46,701 bases of DNA from a virus (lineage: Duplodnaviria; Heunggongvirae; Uroviricota; Caudoviricetes): IMG/VR virus record IMGVR_UViG_3300045988_115807; one strand, written 5' to 3'. Positions 36,996 through 46,701 of this stretch are shown here, one piece after another. Within the stretch, counting starts at the first letter, position 1; every line of letters starts with the position of its first letter. The translations under genes were made by a program, and so were the position numbers. Under the pieces are notes generated by a model, which was not told the DNA's origin, did not search any database, and saw only the letters and a list, made by a program, of their open reading frames with translations.

Positions 36996-37217
36996 ATGAA
37001 TTATCAAGGTAACGAAAAAATGCGCGACGACGTTGCGGAGATAGCTAACGAACTGTATGAGTTGTGGCAGAAGGTTGAACGTTTCGAAAAGGAATATGGT
37101 TTCAACAGTACCAACCTGGCAGACCGACTGGCTGGTCGCTTAGTTGGGACTATGGGGCCAAAACTGGCTGAGTTGAACCGCTTTATGGCTGATGTTGATT
37201 TCCAGTTTCAAGATTGA
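36996..37217 (+). CDS. hypothetical protein (73 aa)
   Basis: GGAGGA RBS; MNYQGNEKMRDDVAEIANELYELWQKVERFEKEYG... Confidence 0.5.
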   Translation: MNYQGNEKMRDDVAEIANELYELWQKVERFEKEYGFNSTNLADRLAGRLVGTMGPKLAELNRFMADVDFQFQD

Positions 37218-37230
37218 TTAGAGAGGCGTT

Positions 37231-37458
37231 ATGAATATTAATGAAATTCGTGGAAATATGACTGAAGCGGCCCTGAGTGTGGAATGTGTTATGCGTGGAT
37301 ACCCACGCATTTCCCTGAAAGAGTTAAGCGAAGCCTGTTTTTTGAGTCAAGCTGCCGTTGAATTTATCATCGAACAGATGATCTGTTTTGGGGTTGCAAA
37401 GCGTAGCGGGTCTGGTCGATATTCTTTGACCGATGAATATAAGCAGGCAACTTTCTAA
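37231..37458 (+). CDS. hypothetical protein (75 aa)
   Basis: GAGAGG RBS; ORF followed by a centromere palindrome and a terminator. Confidence 0.5.
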   Translation: MNINEIRGNMTEAALSVECVMRGYPRISLKELSEACFLSQAAVEFIIEQMICFGVAKRSGSGRYSLTDEYKQATF

Positions 37459-37463
37459 AAACT

Positions 37464-37481
37464 GTGCGACCACGGTCGCAC
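37464..37481. repeat. sopC-like centromere palindrome
   Basis: GTGCGACCACGGTCGCAC (extends to CTGTGCGACCACGGTCGCACAG). Confidence 0.65.
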
Positions 37482-37566
37482 AGCACAAAAACGAAAAAGC
37501 TTGGCAAAATTACGGTTTTTAGTTATTGTTTTGTTAAGTTGGGTTTTTTGTACCCAACAGCCAACA

Positions 37567-37592
37567 AGCCGCCTTTATGGCGGTTTTTTTGT
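37567..37592 (+). terminator. rho-independent terminator
   Basis: AGCCGCCTTTATGGCGGTT followed by TTTTTTG. Confidence 0.6.
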
Positions 37593-37725
37593 GCCTGAAA
37601 AGTGGGCGCAGGACAAGTTGCAGCTTGTCCTGCGGTCAACCCATGCCAGAGCTATAGGCTGAACCTAAAGCCCACCCGCGATGCGCATCGCCGGGTTAGC
37701 TTACCCAGGCAAAAAAATAATAGCT

Positions 37726-38802
37726 ATGTTCAAAACCACTAATATTCATGGCGCGCAACTCGTTTGCGCAGATTCTCTGCAATTTATCAAAACCATCCCT
37801 GATAACTCGGTCAATTTGATTGCAACAGACCCACCATACTTCGGCGTAAAGGCTAACGCATGGGATAACCAGTGGGATAGCGATGCTGACTTTTTGGGGT
37901 GGATTGATGAATTTTTGGCAGAATTTTGGCGGATATTGGCCCCTAATGGCAGCCTGTATATGTTTACCGGCTCTCGCCTTGCGTCAAAAATTGAATTATT
38001 AACTCGCGACCGTTTCAATGTTCTGAACCATATCATTTGGGCTAAACCCAGTGGTATGTGGCGCGGTTGTCATAAAGAAAGTTTAAGGGCTTATTTTCCT
38101 GCCACTGAAAGAATATTATTTGCAGAGCATTACGGCGCGTCAGGTTATGCTAAAGGTCAGTCAGGTTATGCTTCAAAATGTGCAGATTTAAGAAAAAATA
38201 TTTTTTCTCCACTAATTGATGCTTTTTCGCTGGCTCGCCGTCAGTTAGATATATCAGCCGCAGACATTAATTCAGCAACAGGAAAGCAGATGTGTTCGCA
38301 CTGGTTTTCTTATTCGCAGTGGCGGCTTCCATCATTAAGTGATTTTAATAAACTATGCGAATTATTTCGCAGGAAGGCAGATTCACTCGGTGTCCCGTGT
38401 CCATATCCTTTTAATGTTGATTATTCAGAACATGAAAAGCGTTATAGCGATCTGAAATTGCGTTATGAGGAAGTAAAGAAGCAGTATGATGATTTGAAGG
38501 CTCAGTATGAAAATTTGCGCCGCCCATTTCATGTTACTGCTGATGTACCTTATACCGATGTATGGGAGTTTCCTCCTGTGCAATATTATCCTGGCAAGCA
38601 CCCATGTGAAAAACCTGCAGCGATGATGGAACATATTATAAAAAGTAGTTCCCGCCCCGGAGATATCGTTGCCGATTTCTTTATGGGATCAGGCTCTACT
38701 ATTAAAGCCGCGCTGAAGTTAGGTCGTCAGGCAATCGGTATTGAGATTGAGGGTGAACGTTATCTTCAGACAGTTGATGAAGTGAAAAAGTTATTTGAGT
38801 AA
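37726..38802 (+). CDS. DNA methyltransferase (DPPY motif; N6-adenine or N4-cytosine, beta-class)
   Basis: LIATDPPYF (motif IV) near the N-terminus and FFMGSGST (motif I) near the C-terminus; start could instead be 37681. Confidence 0.8.
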   Translation: MFKTTNIHGAQLVCADSLQFIKTIPDNSVNLIATDPPYFGVKANAWDNQWDSDADFLGWIDEFLAEFWRILAPNGSLYMFTGSRLASKIELLTRDRFNVLNHIIWAKPSGMWRGCHKESLRAYFPATERILFAEHYGASGYAKGQSGYASKCADLRKNIFSPLIDAFSLARRQLDISAADINSATGKQMCSHWFSYSQWRLPSLSDFNKLCELFRRKADSLGVPCPYPFNVDYSEHEKRYSDLKLRYEEVKKQYDDLKAQYENLRRPFHVTADVPYTDVWEFPPVQYYPGKHPCEKPAAMMEHIIKSSSRPGDIVADFFMGSGSTIKAALKLGRQAIGIEIEGERYLQTVDEVKKLFE

Positions 38803-38897
38803 CTGAAGAATATATTCCCCTGCCGTTTTTGATGGGGTTATTTCTCGCCGTATAGTTTCCAAGCCGAAACCTCAGCAACTATTGCGAGGTAAGAGAT

Positions 38898-39170
38898 ATG
38901 AAGATGGATGAACGATACAGCAGCGCATCTTATGGTAGTGCTGGTCTTACTGCGTTCTTTGCCAGCCTGTCATTGCAGGATTGGGGCTTCATTATCGGTG
39001 TCGCGTTCAGCATTATCCTCGGTGTACTTACATACCGGCTCAATAAACGCGAGCAGATGAAGCGCACGAAGATATTGCAGGACATATTGGATAAAACTGA
39101 TGCCAATAATATTTCCGCCACGGCGATGGTTATTGGTGAATTGGGAAAGAGAGCACCGAAGGAAATATGA
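38898..39170 (+). CDS. holin (dual-start MKM motif)
   Basis: MKMDERY... dual-start holin/antiholin pattern; hydrophobic segments; immediately upstream of the endolysin. Confidence 0.7.
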   Translation: MKMDERYSSASYGSAGLTAFFASLSLQDWGFIIGVAFSIILGVLTYRLNKREQMKRTKILQDILDKTDANNISATAMVIGELGKRAPKEI

Positions 39171-39667
39171 TGCAGTCATCATTACGCAAAGCTGTCGCAA
39201 CTGCTATTGGTGGCGGGGCTATTGCCATAGCATCTGTGCTCATCTCTGGTCCGAGCGGCAACGATGGTCTGGAAGGTGTGAGACATAACCCCTACAAAGA
39301 CATCGTTGGTGTATGGACTGTATGTTACGGGCATACAGGAAAAGACATTATGCTCGGTAAAACGTATACCGAAGCAGAATGCAAAGCTCTCCTGAATAAA
39401 GACCTTGCTACTGTCGCCAGACAAATTAACCCGTACATCAAAGTCGATATACCGGAAACAACGCGTGGTGCTCTTTACTCGTTCGTTTACAACGTGGGTG
39501 CAGGCAATTTCAGAACATCGACACTTCTTCGCAAAATCAACCAGGGCGATATCAAAGGTGCATGTGATCAACTACGTCGCTGGACATATGCTGGCGGCAA
39601 GCAATGGAAAGGGCTGATGACTCGCCGTGAGATTGAGCGTGAAGTCTGTTTGTGGGGGCAGCAATGA
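39167..39667 (+). CDS. SAR endolysin (T4-type lysozyme, GH24)
   Basis: N-terminal signal-anchor-release-like segment [20 protein letters not shown] followed by lysozyme-like domain (…VCYGHTG…); start overlaps the holin stop. Confidence 0.85.
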   Translation: MMQSSLRKAVATAIGGGAIAIASVLISGPSGNDGLEGVRHNPYKDIVGVWTVCYGHTGKDIMLGKTYTEAECKALLNKDLATVARQINPYIKVDIPETTRGALYSFVYNVGAGNFRTSTLLRKINQGDIKGACDQLRRWTYAGGKQWKGLMTRREIEREVCLWGQQ

Positions 39668-40131
39668 GCAGAGTAACCGCAATTATTTCCGCACTGGTTA
39701 TCTGCATCATCGTCTGCCTGTCGTGGGCTGTTAATCATTACCGTGATAACGCCATCGCCTACAAAGAACAGCGTGATAAAAAAGTCAGTGAGCTGAAGCA
39801 GGCGACCGCCACCATCGCTGACATGCAGCAGCGTCAGCGTGATGTTGCTGCGCTCGATGCAAAATACACGAAGGAGTTGGCTGATGCGAAAGCTGAAAAT
39901 GATGCTCTTCGGCGCAAGCTTGATAATGGTGGTCGGGTGCTCGTCAAAGGAAAATGCTCTGTGCCATCCTCAGCCGAAACCTCCAGCGCCTCCGGCATGG
40001 GCAATGATGCCACCGTCGAACTCTCTCCAGTTGCTGGACGAAACGTTCTCGGTATCCGGGACGGAATCATCAGAGACCAGACAGCACTGAGAACGCTTCA
40101 GGAATACATCAAGACGCAATGCCCGAATTAA
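39664..40131 (+). CDS. i-spanin Rz
   Basis: [24 protein letters not shown]... N-terminal TM anchor followed by coiled-coil; position after endolysin. Confidence 0.8.
   Translation: MSRVTAIISALVICIIVCLSWAVNHYRDNAIAYKEQRDKKVSELKQATATIADMQQRQRDVAALDAKYTKELADAKAENDALRRKLDNGGRVLVKGKCSVPSSAETSSASGMGNDATVELSPVAGRNVLGIRDGIIRDQTALRTLQEYIKTQCPN
39884..40090 (+). CDS. o-spanin Rz1 (lipoprotein embedded in the +1 frame of Rz)
   Basis: [22 protein letters not shown]... lipobox VVGC followed by Pro-rich [16 protein letters not shown], like lambda Rz1. Confidence 0.7.
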   Translation: MRKLKMMLFGASLIMVVGCSSKENALCHPQPKPPAPPAWAMMPPSNSLQLLDETFSVSGTESSETRQH

Positions 40132-40172
40132 TCCCTCTGTATCAAAAACGAACTCAATTTGTTGGATAGTGA

Positions 40173-40484
40173 ATGAAAATTTATATTGCCGGGCCAATGA
40201 CTGGATATGAGAACTTTAATCGTGACGCCTTTAATAAAGAGGCAGATCGTTTGTCACGACATGGTCACTCTGTCTTGAATCCAGCCACTTTGCCTAATGG
40301 TCTGACACAACGTGAATACATGGATATTTGCTTTGCAATGCTTCGTTGTGCTGATGCTATTTTGATGCTTCCTGGCTGGAAAGCGTCTGCTGGAGCAACT
40401 GCTGAGTATCATTACGCATACAAGATGGAGATGCCGGTATTCACTACGCTGAATTACCCGCCAGCTTGTTCCTCTGTAGCATAA
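40173..40484 (+). CDS. DUF4406 / nucleoside 2-deoxyribosyltransferase-like protein
   Basis: MKIYIAGPMTGYENFNRDAFNKEADRLSRHGHSVLNPA... N-terminal IYIAGPMTG motif is characteristic of this Rossmann-like family. Confidence 0.65.
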   Translation: MKIYIAGPMTGYENFNRDAFNKEADRLSRHGHSVLNPATLPNGLTQREYMDICFAMLRCADAILMLPGWKASAGATAEYHYAYKMEMPVFTTLNYPPACSSVA

Positions 40485-40503
40485 AAATCTCTTTGTTTCT
40501 CGT

Positions 40504-40521
40504 GTGCGACCGTGGTCGCAC
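40504..40521. repeat. sopC-like centromere palindrome
   Basis: GTGCGACCGTGGTCGCAC. Confidence 0.65.
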
Positions 40522-40722
40522 ATTAAATACCGCGCTGCATCGTCGCCGTATTTCCGCATTAACCATGACCGTAGCCCGACGGGGAACTCCTCTGCGCGAG
40601 TGTGCGGAAATAATCAAAAACGATGCACACCGGGTTTTTACCGCGCTAATGATTCGCGGGTTTGTCCCTCATGCTCGCCAGTCCTGTGCGAGGGTGGAAG
40701 AAACAGGGCATGTATTCAGGAG

Positions 40723-40740
40723 CGTGCGACCGTGGTCGCA
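40723..40740. repeat. sopC-like centromere palindrome
   Basis: GTGCGACCGTGGTCGCAC. Confidence 0.65.
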
Positions 40741-40764
40741 CGGTATCTTTGTCAGGAGGTTTTG

Positions 40765-41079
40765 ATGAAAGAGTTGCAAAAAATTAATTCAATAATGGAA
40801 AGGTTAAGTGCTCTTGAGCGTAAGCTGGACGATTGTGGAAAGCTGTGTGTTGAAAAGCAAAATGAGCTTTACCGGGAATTTTTTACAATCGTAAGTGAGC
40901 TGATGCCAATTGTTAATAACTGCCTGATGACATCCAGATTTTTTAATGTCGATGCTACTACATCCAGAAAATTTTCTGTGAAAATTCAAGAAAGGGTTTC
41001 TGGTAGTGTGACAAGAGAGATGGCTGAACAGTTGGTGGCAATGAGCAATAAAACAAAAAGAAAAAAGCATTGCTTGTAA
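40765..41079 (+). CDS. hypothetical protein (104 aa)
   Basis: AGGAGGT RBS 5 nt upstream; MKELQKINSIMERLSALERKLDDCGKL...; the upstream part of ORF 40504-41079 is judged non-coding. Confidence 0.5.
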   Translation: MKELQKINSIMERLSALERKLDDCGKLCVEKQNELYREFFTIVSELMPIVNNCLMTSRFFNVDATTSRKFSVKIQERVSGSVTREMAEQLVAMSNKTKRKKHCL

Positions 41080-41129
41080 CAGCAAATCAGCTTTCAGGGC
41101 GCGTTGACTTTCAGGTGTTGCGGCATGCA

Positions 41130-41369
41130 GATGATAATTATTATCATTGCGGGTCCTTTCCAGTGATCCGACAGGTTACGGGGCGGAAGGCGCGCGGGTT
41201 TTCGCTATTTATGAAAATTTTCCGGTTTAAGGCGTTTCCGTTCTTCTTCTCCGTAACTTAATGTTTTTATTTAAAACACCCCCTGAAAAGAAAGGAAACG
41301 ACAGGTGCTGAAAACAGGCCTTTTGGCCTCTGTCGTTTCCTTTCTCTGTTTTTGTCCGTGGAATGAACA
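41130..41369 (+). other. cos region (cosQ-cosN-cosB); predicted 12-nt cohesive end GGGCGGAAGGCG at 41181-41192
   Basis: Sequence aligns base-for-base with my recollection of the lambda cos junction (…GATCCGACAGGTTACG | GGGCGG… CGCGGGTTTTCGCTATTTATGAAAATTTTCCGG…, R3/R2/R1-like GTTTCC repeats) except within the cohesive-end dodecamer and a few cosB positions. Confidence 0.8.
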
Positions 41370-41889
41370 ATGGAAGTCAACAAAAAGCAGCTGGCTGAAA
41401 TTTTCGGTGCGAGTATCCGTACCATTCAGAACTGGCAGGAGCAGGGAATGCCCGTTCTGCGAGGCGGTGGAAAGGGTAATGAGGTGCTTTATGACTCTGC
41501 CGCCGTCATAAAATGGTATGCCGAAAGGGATGCTGAAATTGAGAACGAAAAGCTGCGCCGGGAGGTTGAAGAATTACGGCTGGCCAGCGAGGCAGATCTT
41601 CACCCCGGAACACTTGAATTTGAGCGCCATCGCCTGACTCGTGCTCAGGCGACGGCGCAGGAACTGAAAAATGCCAAAGAATCGGCTGAAGTGGTGGAAA
41701 CCGCATTCTGTACTTTCGTGCTGTCGCGTATAGCAAGGGAAATATCCAGTATTCTCGACGGTATTCCTCTGTCGGTGCAGCGACGTTTTCCTGAGCTGGA
41801 TAACCGGCATATTGATTTCCTGAAACGGGATATCATCAAAGCCATGAACAAAGCAGCCGCGCTGGATGAACTGATACCGGGGTTGCTGA

Positions 41890-41915
<26 letters not shown>
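41370..41915 (+). CDS. nu1: terminase small subunit Nu1
   Basis: MEVNKKQLAEIFGASIRTIQNWQEQGMPVLRGGGKGNEVLYDSAAVIKWY... near-identical to lambda Nu1 (181 aa). Confidence 0.95.
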
Positions 41916-45596
<3,681 letters not shown>

Positions 45597-45616
<20 letters not shown>

Positions 45617-46701
45617 TCTCCCGCATATTGCCAGCATGGCCTTTAATGAGCCGCTGATGCTTGAACCCGCCTATGCGCGGGTTTTCTTTTGTGCGCTTGC
45701 AGGCCAGCTTGGGATCAGCCGCCTGACGGATGCGGTGTCCGGTGACAGCCTGACTGCCGGAGAGGCACCCGCGACGCTGGCGTTATCCGTTGATGATGAC
45801 GGACCACGACAGGCCCGCAGTTATCAGGTCATGAACGGCATCGCCGTGCTGCCGGTGTCCGGCACGCTGGTCAGCCGGACGCGGGCGCTGCAGCCGTATT
45901 CGGGGATGACCGGTTACAACGGCATTATCGCCCGTCTGCAACAGGCTGCCAGCGATCCGATGGTGGACGGCATTCTGCTTGATATGGACACGCCCGGCGG
46001 GATGGTGGCGGGGGCATTTGACTGCGCTGACATCATCGCCCGTGTGCGTGACATAAAACCTGTGTGGGCGCTGGCCAACGACATGAACTGCAGTGCAGGT
46101 CAGCTGCTTGCCAGTGCCGCCTCCCGGCGTCTGGTCACGCAGACCGCCCGGACAGGCTCCATCGGCGTCATGATGGCTCACAGTAATTACGGTGCTGCGC
46201 TGGAGAAACAGGGTGTGGAAATCACGCTGATTTACAGCGGCAGCCATAAGGTGGATGGCAACCCCTACAGCCATCTTCCGGATGACGTCCGGGAGACACT
46301 GCAGTCCCGGATGGATGCAACCCGCCGGATGTTTGCGCAGAAGGTGTCGGCATATACCGGCCTGTCTGTGCAGGCTGTGCTGGATACAGAGGCTGCAGTG
46401 TACAGCGGTCAGGAGGCCATTGATGCCGGACTGGCTGATGAACTTGTCAACAGCACCGATGCGATCACCGTTATGCGTGATGCACTGGATGCACGTAAAT
46501 CCCGTCTCTCAGGAGGGCGAATGACCAAAGAGACTCAATCAACAACTGTTTCAGCCACCGCTTCGCAGGCTGACGTTACTGACGTGGTGCCAGCGACGGA
46601 GGGCGAAAACGCCAGCGCGGCGCAGCCGGACGTGAACGCGCAGATCACCGCAGCGGTTGCGGCAGAAAACAGCCGCATTATGGGGATCCTCAACTGTGAG
46701 G
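45597..46701 (+). CDS. C: capsid assembly protease C with nested scaffold Nu3 (3' end runs off the window and resumes at position 1)
   Basis: GTG start; MTAELRNLPHIASMAFNEPLMLEPAYARVFFCALAGQLGIS... matches lambda gpC; the last codons ...GILNCE join the window start in frame, apart from roughly 9 nt not present in the window. Confidence 0.9.

Noticed and set aside
40504-40764. 5' portion of ORF 40504-41079 as coding sequence
   Set aside because: No RBS at 40504, the segment begins inside a centromere palindrome, whereas the internal ATG at 40765 has a strong AGGAGGT RBS.
41305-41810. Small ORFs overlapping cosB and antisense to Nu1
   Set aside because: They overlap the cos R-site region or lie antisense within a near-lambda-identical Nu1 gene.

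Overview
The window is essentially a complete, circularly permuted genome (about 46.7 kb) of an N15-type telomere phage (linear plasmid-prophage) carrying a lambda-type structural module. All protein identifications rest on my recollection of lambda, N15 and F-plasmid sequences; no database search was run. Layout: capsid and tail genes D-E-FI-FII-Z-U-V-G/T-H-M-L-K-I-J (1-13.5 kb), lom, a divergent side-tail-fibre locus (14.2-17.9 kb), sopBA partition genes on the minus strand (18.4-20.5 kb), a 42-bp perfect telRL-like palindrome (20980-21021) directly upstream of the protelomerase telN (21192-23093), an antirepressor operon with a structured leader, an AT-rich lipoprotein moron, repA primase-helicase (26634-30629, minus), cB repressor / cro / Q-like immunity region, a run of small early genes including a DEDDh exonuclease, a LexA-box-controlled small ORF, a HigB/HigA-like toxin-antitoxin pair, a DNA methyltransferase, the lysis cassette (holin, SAR endolysin, Rz/Rz1), a DUF4406-like gene, cos, and Nu1-A-W-B-C packaging genes. 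Gene C is split across the window ends, and both cos and telRL are intact, so the sequence represents a circular or circularly assembled form. No integrase, attachment site, tRNA or CRISPR array was seen. The most notable non-coding signals are five dispersed sopC-like centromere palindromes, the telRL palindrome with flanking AGAACA repeats, a LexA box, and candidate CB operators. I did not find a clearly novel multi-gene defence system; the best candidates for undescribed function are the AT-rich lipoprotein moron, the three small genes co-transcribed with repA, the toxin-antitoxin insertion and the DUF4406-like late gene.
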